This document shows, piece after piece, positions 36,380 through 49,000 of a stretch of 64,000 nt of DNA. A model generated the notes under the pieces. The model saw only the letters and a list, made by a program, of their open reading frames with translations, made no database searches and had not been told where the DNA came from. Each line of letters opens with the position of its first letter. Position 1 is the first letter of the stretch. The translations under genes were made by a program, and so were the position numbers. Source of the DNA: Antedon mediterranea (lineage: Eukaryota; Animalia; Echinodermata). The stretch lies in NCBI RefSeq assembly GCF_964355755.1, contig NC_092673.1, positions 6,634,001 to 6,698,000 of the forward strand, in the 5' to 3' direction.

Positions 36380-39089
36380 AAGGGTACACTTTGTTGAGTT
36401 TGGGCTCTACTGTAGGCCTATGTTTCAATTTACACCGTATCTTGCACGACGATACGAAGTTTGGAATATAAATAAATACAAAGAAAATATACACAGGCTA
36501 CCACATCCTACTTTCGTTCTTAGAAAAAAAAATCATGTTTTAAATAACGAATAGGGGACACAGGGGACACATTGTTGTACGGTCGTTGACCTGTTTTATG
36601 TTGACGTCAGTTGCAATGGCGATGGGACTGAAGATGGAATTATCGTACAATGAGAGTGACAGTTTTATTAGGCGATACCCAGAGTTACAATCAAATATTG
36701 TGTAATGGTATAACAAGTCATTTAAAAGTATGAATAATATTGCAATTCGTTCGTTCGTCTTAAGCGGTTGCCGACTGACAAATCGGTTACTGTCCATCCA
36801 AATTAGGAGTGTAAACAATCAGTAATTATAAACATAGTTCATTTATTCTATGTACACATTTGTTTTTTCTTTAGTTTCACAGTTTAAAGGGGTAGCACCA
36901 TTTAAATGTCTATATAGATGTATTAAAAAATATAAACTATTGCAAACAAATTGATAAAAATACCACTTATATTTTTCGTCAGCGGTGAATCAGAACAAGT
37001 CTAGTGAAATAGGCCCATCGATGTTGAAATCTTTTAACAAAAAAATAGAAATTGTAAAAGACGGAGCTCTCCCTTTAAATTGAGTAAAAAAGTAGGTGGA
37101 AGTGGAACCTCTCATGTCCGAAGAAATACATTTGAGCAAAACATACAATAAATCAACAACAAATTAAAAGAAAAATCAAACATTGCAGTCAATTTTAAGA
37201 AATGTTAACATTCGATTCCTGTTCTGTAAATGCAAAATCAATGCATTGTATAGTTTTTTTCTCTATTGTATGATTTTAACTATTCACACAACTGATAGAC
37301 TAGTTTTTACGACGGATAGAATCGCTGATTTTCTTCTGTTTTCGGAGCATGACTGGCAAAAAATTGAAGAACAATAGCGCGAAACATATAATTTCATACG
37401 TATTTCTTTATTGTCATTCACATATTGATTATGTCATTATTCACGACAAATGACATATGGTCATTTGACTTTTATTATAATTTGATATGGGCATCGCACT
37501 AACCACACATGTGTGCCAGTTCACACGTAGGCTTAAATTGTTCCTCGATGGTAACACATAAACTTTGAGAAAAAAAATAATTTCGTCATATAAATTCCAT
37601 AATGTAGTTATTGGAATTCCACCCACACATGATCCAATGACTGAAGTTCAGGTAATGGTAATGAACTTACACCGGGACACATTATAGAAAATGTCATGAA
37701 AACAAGTTTATACTTTTAAAGGCCTATGCAAAATTTATTAAGACAACAAGCAATCAGATAAACTAATAAAATCTAGTGACAATAATTCTGTATGTTTAAT
37801 TACCATTACAGCTCGTCTGTGTAAATTGGCCTTTATATATGGTTGAAAAGGGGACAATATATATATATAAAAGTTGGAGATTACTCTACTCATTTCTAAT
37901 TTAGGATTAGGCTGGAAATAACTGTTATGGGGGCGAACCGTTTATCAAAATAAGCGTCTTCGCACAAGAGTAACAACCATTATATAAAAGAGTCTATCAA
38001 AAAAACAGTATTACATTAAATCAAAACGTATGAGTGAAAATAAATTTGTGACTAGATTATTCCGTTTGTTAAAAAAGGGATCTTACTTAGGCCTATACTT
38101 ACAAGTTTTGTTGGTATTTGTAATTATAATATTAAAGCATTGTATAATTATACAATATAATTAGTTAAAGATGTATTTCCCCCATGAAAAATGTAAGATT
38201 AATGAAATCAAACTTTGAATAGGTCATTTCGCAGTTTCATTAAAGTTATTCACTTCGGTTTAACAAAACCAATAAAAACAATTTCACTTATAAATTAAAA
38301 AAAACTCGATTCCTTTGTTTTAAATTACAGTTTTCAGGTAAATAATTTTATAAACTGTGACATTAAAATTGCATATTAAACAAACGACGGGAGGAAAATA
38401 TTTTCATTAATACGAAACACAACAGGGCACTAATAAAATATAGTACAATAAATGACACTGACAAGGAACAAGTTAAATGCTTGTTAAAATGTAATATAAT
38501 TGTTGTTACTCGTTTGTTAATTCAAATAAAATCGAGTTTCAAAGACATTGAAAACCATCGCAAAGTTGGTATGCCTGGGAAAATTCAGAGTACGGGGCGC
38601 CGTTCGGGACAGAGTAGATCCAGATGTAAAATTTATATTATGAAATTCCAACAGAGGTGATGCAGAACGACGGTTTTGGACTTTTTCTTCTTCAAAGAAA
38701 TAAAATTCATTAAAATTTACTCTTATTTATACAAATTATTTTTAAAGTACTATATAAATCGAAACATAAGAAAATACTATTTTTATTACAATAGTTTTCC
38801 AGTAAAGGGATCTGTAAATTTAATATCTTGAAACTTTTAACAAGAAGTTCTGAAGAACCACTTAAAAATAGTGGGTCTGGGATATCAAAATATTAGGGTA
38901 ATGTTAGGCTCTGGCCTTAAAAAATGTGTCACGTGGACACGATGACGTCATTATTATCACTACCATATTTGGGTATATCACTCTTTATGTATAAATTTGA
39001 ATACAAGAGCTACCCTTCAAATTGACTAATAATTATAGGAACCGCTTCTCGGATTGCCAGTAAAATGCAGTGGAGAAGGAAACTAATAA

Positions 39090-39290
39090 AGCGTGGTTCC
39101 CACTAGAACGCAACGCAGCGATGCAAAGTGCTTTATTGCGTAATCACAAGTGGGAACCGACGACGCAATAGTGCTGCTGCAAACATCGCAGGTTTGATTT
39201 CACGCAGGCGGGGGCAAACACAATTATTAGAAGTGCATTTGCTTACGTTTTGTAGATTGCTTTACGTTGCGTTCTAGTGGGAACCAAGCT
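39090..39290. mobile_element. Harbinger-like MITE, sister family
   Basis: Same termini and core as 36164-36379. More degenerate relatives lie near 28170-28300, 29243-29375, 31870-31912 and 51218-51305. Confidence 0.72.
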
Positions 39291-39399
39291 GGTACTATTA
39301 TTATGCAGCATGAGAGCGAGAGAGTACAAGCGAGTCCATGTGACCGACTCACGGGAAATTAAACTCTCCCAGCCAATATCGTTGGCATTTCATAGTTTA

Positions 39400-39578
39400 A
39401 GCGTGGTTCCCACTAGCGACGCAACACAAGGACGTAACGCAACGCAAGTGAATTGACCAATCACAAGCGATGGCTTATTCGCTTGTGATTGCTAACTGTC
39501 TATAACTTCGCCTGTCATTGGTTAAAACGCTTGCGTTGCGTTTACGTCCTTGCGTTACGTTCTAGTGGGAACCAAGCT
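39400..39578. mobile_element. PIF/Harbinger-like MITE, same family as 7579-7757
   Basis: Near-identical sequence and TIRs; flanked by TTA and TAA. Confidence 0.8.
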
Positions 39579-40054
39579 TAAAGGGCTTCTCCTTTAACAA
39601 CATTTAATTCGTACTATATGAAGCCTGAAACCTGCCCGACCAAAGTGTCTCATTTGGTTGCTCCTAGCCGGCAGACAAGAGGAAGTTTACACACGTCACG
39701 TATTAAAACAATAATTAGGAGTTTCTATAACATCACTTGTTAATATGAAACATATTAAATATCTTATTAAAAACAATGTTAAAGAAAACAAAATTACAAA
39801 TTAGTTTAGAATTATATTAATAAATAATATTATTTGTTAAAATGAAACATCTTATAATTTGAAATGTTACTGTTTAAGTACTTATTTACTGAAAAACACA
39901 CACAGATTTGAATACGTATATGGCATGGCATTTCTAATCGAGATGCCATGAAAACATTAAAAAATATCCAACAAACACCGTCCACACACAATTGAAATTA
40001 TGATTGTCTAAAGTTTATGAAAAAAAAACCATATTGTAAACAATATTGTTATAA

Positions 40055-40595
40055 TGGCATAAACGATCATGGGGCATAAACGATCATGGGGCATAAAAGA
40101 TCATGGAGCATAAAAGAAAATATGGCATAAAAGAAAATATAGCATACAAGAACATAGGGCATACAAGAACATAGGGCATAAAAGAACATAGAGTATACAA
40201 GAACATAGGGCATACAAGAACATAGGGCATACAAGAACATAGGGCATACAAGAACATAGGGCATAAAAGAACATAGAGTATACAAGAAAATAGGGTATAC
40301 AAGAACATAGGGCATATAAGAACATAGGGCATAAAAGAACATAAGGGCATATAAGATCATAGGGCATAGAAGAACATAGGGCATAAAAGAACATAGGGCA
40401 TATAAGAACATAAGGGCATATAAGAACATAAGGGCATATAAGAACACAAGGGCATAGAAGAACACAAGGGCATAGAAGAACACAAGGGCATATAAGAACA
40501 CAAGGGCATAGAAGAACATAGGGCATATAAGAACATAGGGCATACAAGAACATAGGGCATATAAGAACATAGGGCATATAAGAACACAAGGGCAT
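40055..40595. repeat. ~18-20-bp minisatellite (AAGAACATAGGGCATA[C/T])
   Basis: Tandem array; source of the periodic minus-strand ORFs. Confidence 0.95.
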
Positions 40596-41396
40596 GATGA
40601 CGAATTAAACGTATGACAAAACCGTTCATCAAATATTGTAAATAAGAGAAAGACTGCTAACGTTAGAAAACAAGAAACACGCGGAAAAGCCAAAAACGTT
40701 TATCAATGAGTTATATGGACAAATGTAAACACATCAGTAATAAGAATTGAGAATAGGAAATAAGAGATACTTATTGTGATCTTTCAACGATTGTTGCTCA
40801 TCATCATAAACTCACCAATACATACCGTAACAGTATGTCTGCATTATCTATGGAGGTATGAATAGAAAGTATGTCAATAGTAATGCATGTTTCTTGTGAG
40901 CCGACCTAAACAAATGTCTCAAGCCTAAAAGTGTATTTTAATAAGGCACATAATCAAGGCTCATTTAATATTGTAATTATCCTAAAAATACTTTTTAAAG
41001 GCAGATTGAAACATATTGGGAGAGTGAGAAGATTTTAGTTTCTGATGACGTCTATACATGCACCAACAATGGATGTTGCGAAAAAGATAGTACAGACAGT
41101 ACTGTGTATTAAGAATTATAACATGAAATAGTAAGAAACTGTACAGTGCAGGTTGTAAACCCCTATATAGGGACCAACAAAGAATCCCTATAACAGTGGG
41201 ATCTGTAGTATTAAAAAACTAGTATCTGCTTAAGTATCCCCTTACTAGGGGCGTCCGTAGTGCAACACAATATGCTCTTGCTACAGTAGAACCCCTATTT
41301 AGGGACCAACAAGGAGTCCCCATAATAGGAGTGTCCGTAGTGTTAAAACGTATATTTCCTTGTTCATTTCACAAGTATCCTCTTAAGTATTGCATT

Positions 41397-42805
41397 AATA
41401 GGGGTGTCCATAGTGTTACACAATAGGGTGTCCATAGTGTTACACAATAGGGTGTCCAGAGTGTTACACAATAGGGTGTCCAGAGTGTTACACAATAGGG
41501 TGTCCATAGTGTTAAACAATAAGGTGTCCATAGTGTTAAACAATAGGGTGTCCATAGTGTTAAACAATAGGGTGTCCATAGTGTTAAACAATAGGGTGTC
41601 CATAGTGTTAAACAATAGGGTGTCCAGAGTGTTACACAATAGGGTGTCCAGAGTGTTACACAATAGGGTGTCCAGAGTGTTACACAATAGGGTGTCCATA
41701 GTGTTACACAATAGGGTGTCCAGAGTGTTACACAATAGGGTGTCCATAGTGTTACACAATAGGGTGTCCATAGTGTTAAACAATAGGGTGTCCATAGTGT
41801 TAAACAATAGGGTGTCCAGAGTGTTACACAATAGGGTGTCCATAGTGTTACACAATAAGGTGTCCAGAGTGTTACAAAATAGGGTGTCCATAGTGTTAAA
41901 CAATGGGGTGTCCATAGTGTTAAACAATAGGGTGTCCATAGTGTTAAACAATAGGGTGTCCAGAGTGTTAAACAATAGAGTGTCCATAGTGTTACACAAT
42001 AGGGTGTCCATAGTGTTAAACAATGGGGTGTCCATAGTGTTAAACAATGGGGTGTCCATAGTGTTAAACAATAGGGTGTCCATAGTGTTAAACAATAGGG
42101 TGTCCAGAGTGTTACACAATAAGGTGTCCAGAGTGTTACACAATAGGGTGTCCATAGTGTTACACAATAGGGTGTCCAGAGTGTTACACAATAGGGTGTC
42201 CATAGTGTTAAACAATAGGGTGTCCATAGTGTTACACAATAGGGTGTCCAGAGTGTTACACAATAGGGTGTCAATAGTGTTACACAATAGGGTGTCCAGA
42301 GTGTTACACAATAGGGGTGTCCAAAGTGTTACACAATAGGGGTGTCCATATTGTTACACAATAGGGGTGTCCAGAGTGTTACACAATAAGGTGTCCAGAG
42401 TGTTACACAATAAGGTGTCCAGAGTGTTACACAATAGGGTGTCCAAAGTGTTACACAATAGGGTGTCCAAAGTGTTACACAATAGGGGTGTCCATATTGT
42501 TACACAATAAGGTGTCCAGAGTGTTACACAATAGGGTGTCCAGAGTGTTACACAATAGGGTGTCCATAGCGTTACACAATAGGGGTGTCCATAGCGTTAC
42601 ACAATAGGGGTGTCCATAGCGTTACACAATAGGGGTGTCCATAGCGTTACACAATAGGGGTGTCCGTAGTGTTAAACAATAGGGGTGTCCAGAGTGTTAC
42701 ACAATAAGGTGTCCATAGTGTTACACAATAAGGTGTCCATAGTGTTACACAATAGGGGCGTCCGTAGTGTTACACAATAGGCGTGTCCGTAGTGTTACAC
42801 AATAA
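41397..42805. repeat. 24/25-bp minisatellite (CCATAGTGTTACACAATAGGGTGT), ~1.4 kb
   Basis: Homogeneous tandem array with CAT/CAG and ACA/AAA variants, about 270 bp downstream of the QSOX stop codon. Confidence 0.97.
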
Positions 42806-43069
42806 ATTTCCTCATATTTATTTTACAAGAAAGTGTCCCTGTAAGTGACCCCTGAATTTAGCTTAAATTCACTTCATCTTTTTTAAAAAGTTAATACATT
42901 AAATCATATGAAAATTATTAAGTAAATTTACTGAAAGAAATTGGTAAAATATAAATATAAACATTTATAAATAGTTTGGTTGGAATGTGGATAAATAGCA
43001 TAAACATTCTAAAAGATTACTCTAATAAATTTCAAAGTTTCTATTAAAAATATATATACTTATACTTAT

Positions 43070-46000
43070 TTATACTTTCTGTTTCATAGTTTTCCTCTTT
43101 TTTTTCCGACAAATTGCAAGATATATAAATACACAAATAATTATACAGACGCTATACAATAGGACACACATGCTAACATCCATATTTGTTACATTGTAAA
43201 AATTGCTAGACTTATATTTTAGCCTATCGTTAGCAAGCCGCACCTCTAGCTGCTTTTCTAGTTCTCTTTTCATAACCTCTTGTTTCAATTTTATATCACC
43301 TAAGTCTAAAAACCTTTCCGGTGGATCCTTCTCTATAAACTTGGGAATTTTTCCTTGAGGAATCAACCGGTCAAAGACAATATTCCGGATGCTGTAATAT
43401 TCCTTCAGGAATCTAAGGACAGCCTTTTTATCCCATTCATCCTCATGGCCTTTTCCTAGACGGCAGGTTTGACAGAGATCCGTTGATGGGAACTGGATCT
43501 TGGGATGAGCTGGATCTTCCGACATGTCTCCTTTCAGTCGCAGGTTGACACTATTGTGGATTTTCCAGAGGTATAGGATGGCAGTGTCGTATGAAGTGAC
43601 TGTTGAAGACATCAGTTTTGATTCTTTAGCAAAGTTTTTAACACATTCTTTGCAGGTGAAGAATTCTTGTATGTAGCCTTTCATAGCTTGCAAGACTTCT
43701 TGTGAATTGCCAGTTGGATCTAATAATAATAAAAGGAATAATACATTGAATAAACTAAAATATTCTATAGAAAGAAAAAACAAACAGGGGCCTACTACAA
43801 GCCTGTCGGCTCGAAAACCCAAACTATCATCAGAGATCAGCAGAAGAAGTGATGCATAACTAGCCTAGCTCACCTAAAACCTCTTACATACATGTTATAT
43901 CTTTAGCCTATGAAGAATAACAGAATAGCACATTCACAACATTAATTTGTGAAAATGCAGTAATTATTAAGTCTGTTTACTGAATAAAAATAAATTCTTG
44001 CAAGGACAAATTTTTCTTCCATTTAAATTTATGTTGACACCACAGTTTTTTGTAGCAATGATTATATTATATTATTCAAGTTCAAGTTCAAGTTCAAAAA
44101 ACATTTATTTATTCAACAATGGCATTATACAGTATAATATAATTATAGGTGTGTACATAAATGAAAACATAGTAATAAGCCATCATTTTGGGTCTTCTCT
44201 AGAAGACTGGGTGATCTCTTCAGTCACAGACTGGTCTCACAGTGGCTGTGATGTACTAGTACACCGGGGTAATGCCCTACTCATCTTGAAAGATGTACTA
44301 GGTTCTTTAAAGTGCACATGAGGTAGATGTGTACACTGGACCTACAATTTATAGTTCCTTATCAGAGAAGACTCGTTCTTCCACCAGAACCATGGAGCGA
44401 GTGAGCCTTGAACCTTTGATGATGTTATGGTTACGTAATTACAGTTCCACTGTCTTAACCGCTCGACCAGTCACTCGCTAGATACATTAAAAAGTAAAGA
44501 AGATTCAAATATGTCCTCACTTTGCTTATTAATCTTTGCAGCACTGACGGTGAGTGTATGAAACAGAGTCCATAAGCTACAAGGGTAGCCTCTGTATCTA
44601 GGTGAGCTGCCTAGACATCCTTCCCACTTCACTACATGCGGTAAAACAGCTTTAGAATCCTTGAGAAAAAAAAAGTGAACCGATTGTAATATTAGCAACT
44701 ATTTGAAGAAACGTGCTTGATACAAGTTTTTCTGAAGTTAGAAATTGCAAGGAATTAGAAAAAAAAAAGGGTTTTTGTAAATGAATTGGAAAATTGGATG
44801 TTTACACTGGACCTCCAACTTTAAGTCCTTATCTGAGCAGACGATGTTCCGTCAACATAAATGGATTTATGCACCAGGACAGGAAACGCTGGATGACGGT
44901 ATTTCACACTAAGCCCTGGCTACTTTTGGACTGCGTATGCCCCAATCTCCCGTCCACAATTTTCTTGGGACAATAAACTATATTATTTGTTCTCGCCTCA
45001 AAATGAAAAAAAAAACCCTATTATTCTCAAATATCTAATTTGATTTTGGATTTTGTAACATTATATAATTACTTAATGTTTTGTTTACAAAAATGAACAT
45101 AAAACTGATTTGTGGAGGGTCAACAGCACAATAATGGGATGGTTATTTGCTGATCGCTCCAAAGAACACAGACGCTCTGTTCACCACCTTCCTCTCGTTC
45201 TGATGTGATTGAAGAGAGTCTCAAACTTGTGCCAAAAGTGTGGTGTAGTGCGAGTGGCTTGGCCACTTAACTCGACAGAAATCATGAGAATGCATATTAT
45301 GCAAATTTTTCTATTCTAAAGAATACTCACTTTTTCTGGATCATAGTTTTCATTCACAAAGTCCAACCACTCGTCAGATGTGATCGACGGACGTTTTTGA
45401 TCCATTAACCAAAAGTCAAGGCTCTCTAAAAACGAGCTTATTTGACTTCTGCCAGGAAAATACTAAACAAAAGAAGAAAAATATGTTTGTATTGTAAAAC
45501 AATGTAGGTCTCAGTAGGTATTTACACATCTGAGAAAAGCTGAAAAAATGAAATGAAATGTTAAAAAAATATTGTAATGACCATTATTGTACAGGGACAA
45601 AAAGACTACACACTTTTAAATTTCAGTAACAAGTAAAGTTAACAACATACAGTATTATACAAATAATGAATGTTTATGAGTGTAATGGTACAAATAATGG
45701 CATTAGGTGAATGATGAAATGGATATATCACCAAGGCGAAGCCAAGTTGATATTAAACCTTTCATCATTCACCAAATTTTCCAAAAATAAATTATTAATA
45801 TTATATAAAATTGTCTGACAAAATAAAAGTGTGTTTGAAAAGCCTTTAATAAAGTTATAAATCACTGCAAATGACAGAGTATAGTTCCAATGGCCTCAGA
45901 GTATGAAATTGTGAATATTCTGATTGCATTATCAATGAAATTTACCAAAACATTACGTCCAAATTCAGCCTAAGGGGGTGGGATGATAGCACACACAAAT

Positions 46001-49000
46001 AGGAAGGACTATAGTCATTCATATAGGATATTATAAACTGTAGCCTTACTTTACTGAGAACTGCCACAAAGTTGCGGAGAGCCACCAGGGCGGTTCCTTC
46101 AATAGTTTCTTTTAGAGGCACCTCTTGCCTTAGGGCATATGTCAACGCTGATTCAAGATCTTGCATGTGTACTGGAGGTCTGAAATAGAATGAGAACAAG
46201 CAATGTATAAGGCTCAGTCTACGCTTTCAAAATAGTTTGACAAGTGTAATGTGCCCAAATATGGTAGTGATATGACATCATCATGTCCATGGGCACATGA
46301 CATTTTTTTGTCACATAAAGTTTGATAGTGTAGACAGAGCTTTATGCAAGCCAAGTCCTATAGTATTTAAGAAAATAGTACAGCTATCCTACTACGTACA
46401 TACTCAGGATCCTAGTCTATAGAACAGGCTACTGAGAGTCAGCTATAGTGTAAATACCTGTACTACTATGTTATAGTACAGTAGAACCCTGCTTTCTTTT
46501 CTAGAAAGCAGATTGCAAATGATATAAGCCAGGACAGAAAAAGGACAACAGCCGTAAGAAGGAATATTCTAAAACTCACCTAAAGCATGCATCTTTTTCT
46601 TGCTAATAATATTGGATGACTTTATAGAAACCCCAAGTGCATCTTTTTACGCAAATCTACATCATGCGTCCTTTACATCGACTTTTGTGGATGCGCGATC
46701 TTGTTTTAAGAACTGCACATCAATTTTTTTTTTTCCGCGAGTGAAATATATTTCTAAGAAAATGTTTGTTTTGACAATTGAAAACAGTTTTATAAAAGTA
46801 TATAAAAATGTCTTTTACACGCTTGGTTTAATTCTCGTTTTCACAAATTTCAAAAAGTTTTATTTGTATAATATTGTATTTCAATATAAAGTACTTTACT
46901 CAAAATGGTTTATGACAATTTTAACACAATTTAGCAAACACTATGAACACATGTTTAAAACCAATTTAAGGCTTATATTATAGCGTGCATTAAAAAATTC
47001 CAGCTAAAATGGCCATCGATGTAAAGGTGGAAGAAGGGTTTTTCTCTTAAATATTAAATAATAATAATGTATATTAACTTACAGTGTGTTACTTTTCCTA
47101 ATAAGTTCTTGGCGTTCAGCTTCTACCTCCTGTTTCTTCTTTTTAACAGCGTCCCAAGCAAACTTAGTCTCTACGCCAACATCTATTTTTTTATCAGCAA
47201 CTACTGAGAGATAAATGATTATGTTTATTAAATTAGTAATAATAAAACTTGCATAAACTACAGGGGACTTTGTTTAATAAGGGTGACTCAAAACAGCTGA
47301 GGCTGACATGCTTGAGGCGCTCAACATTGAAAAAACAGGAACTTATGTTTGCCTCTCTCCACCTAAGTATACAAATACAAGTGTACTGGATTATGTTTTC
47401 ACACATGTTCGTTGTGAGGTGGTTTCCCGAATCTGTGTATGACCAACTAGCGTTATTGTCACCGGCTAGTCATCCATTCATAGAAGTACTGATGTAGTAG
47501 CCTACCTGTACGGAGACCATAGAATGTGACCCGAGGCATGACTAACTACGACTTTAGATGATAGAAAGTTGAGAAAAAATGTTACGAGTAGTTGTAAGAC
47601 ATGAAGATGTTTATGAAATTATGTCAATAATGTTTACACACTAGGCATACAAATAGTAATGTTTGTTAGTAAAAATAATTTTGAGTTAATCAGAATAAGA
47701 TATAAGGAAGAAAAGCAAAGAGACTATGGAGCGGCTATTCCTGAATATACAATACTAAGTATCGTAGATTTAAATTATAAATTTTAGGCGATCTTGTCAA
47801 AGGTCAAGCGCCTATAGCCTGCCACGTTTCGATATTCAATATTGAACTTGATGTTTAATCCAAAAATAGTCGGGGTAATAATGTGAAGCGCTATATAAGA
47901 ATCATATTTTGCACATGAAAGCAAAATAAGACATAAGTCATAAATTAAAAAAATTCCAATTCATGTCTGATTTCATTTCACTATTATAATACAGAACAGT
48001 AAATCAGCAATTGCAGAATGGATATGCTATTAGGAGGCCTATATTGTGCTTATAAACTATCATATGAGGTTTAGGGAGTGGAGTAGAAATGACGCAATTT
48101 AAATAAACCATGGATTTAATCTACAACAACAATGGCTTTGAACTAGCAAGACGTGCATAGTACCGGCTCTCTGATTTTTATGGATGAAATCGATGCTAAG
48201 CTTCAATCAATCATTGTGAAACTTAAAGATACACCGTCTATTCATGTCAAGACCAATCTCATCAGTGAATTCACTTTTGATGAATTATTACAAGCCAGAA
48301 AAGTCATATTTGAGGCTGCCAAGTGTAAGCGAGGAAAGTGCCAGTGGATAGTCTAAAGTATATGGCCGCATTTGTCTATTAGCTAAGCATTTTACTAATG
48401 GTTAAAAGCAAAAGTAAATACTTTATTCATTTTTATGGCAAATCCCATTTTCAATGTACAGATATCTCAAGTTGGTGAAATTCCAGGAGATTTATGAAAA
48501 CCATACCAAAACAAGAGAGGGGGCTATAACAATTGGAAAATAAAACAAACCATAACACCAACTACTCAAATTTGATAGAGGGCTCAAAATAAAAAAGATT
48601 GTGTATTGGCAATTACCAAATTTGGAAGGTAAATCAGTATTTAATAATAAACAATGTATAATATAACAAAATGAATTTCCAAGTGGTATTTGCATTGTAA
48701 ACCAATGCAAGTGGTAAATATGAATTTTTGGGTTGGGCTAGAATTGACTAGTAAAAATTAGTAAATCCTGTATACCTTGATCATCTTTCTGCTGCCTTTC
48801 CATTCCTGGCATACCCTCCATTCCTAAAAAATTCCCTAAATCTTTGTTCGCTTCCGTGTTGCCATCATAATTCTGTATTTTTTCTTCTTCTTTATTTGTA
48901 GTATCTTCACCACCCGTTTCTGCTTTGTGTACAACCTCCTGTTTCTCTTTATCTTTTGGTAATTCTGGGTTATCTGACAAGCCTATCAAGCCTAGCAATA

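Noticed and set aside
40067-42339. Periodic ORFs and CRISPR-like appearance of the tandem arrays
   Set aside because: Head-to-tail units with no unique spacers, no cas genes and a eukaryotic context.
43070-43095. Dilysine ER-retrieval signal at the QSOX C-terminus
   Set aside because: The tail KQKV places Lys at -2 and -4, not at the required -3 with -4 or -5.
44395-44478. Possible tRNA gene
   Set aside because: A and B boxes are present but the cloverleaf is poor, and the sequence continues into a SINE body.
46580-46712. Possible extra QSOX exon (minus-strand donor G|GTGAGT; weak likeness to exon 8)
   Set aside because: All three frames contain stops, and exons 8 and 9 already join in phase; at most a decayed exon.
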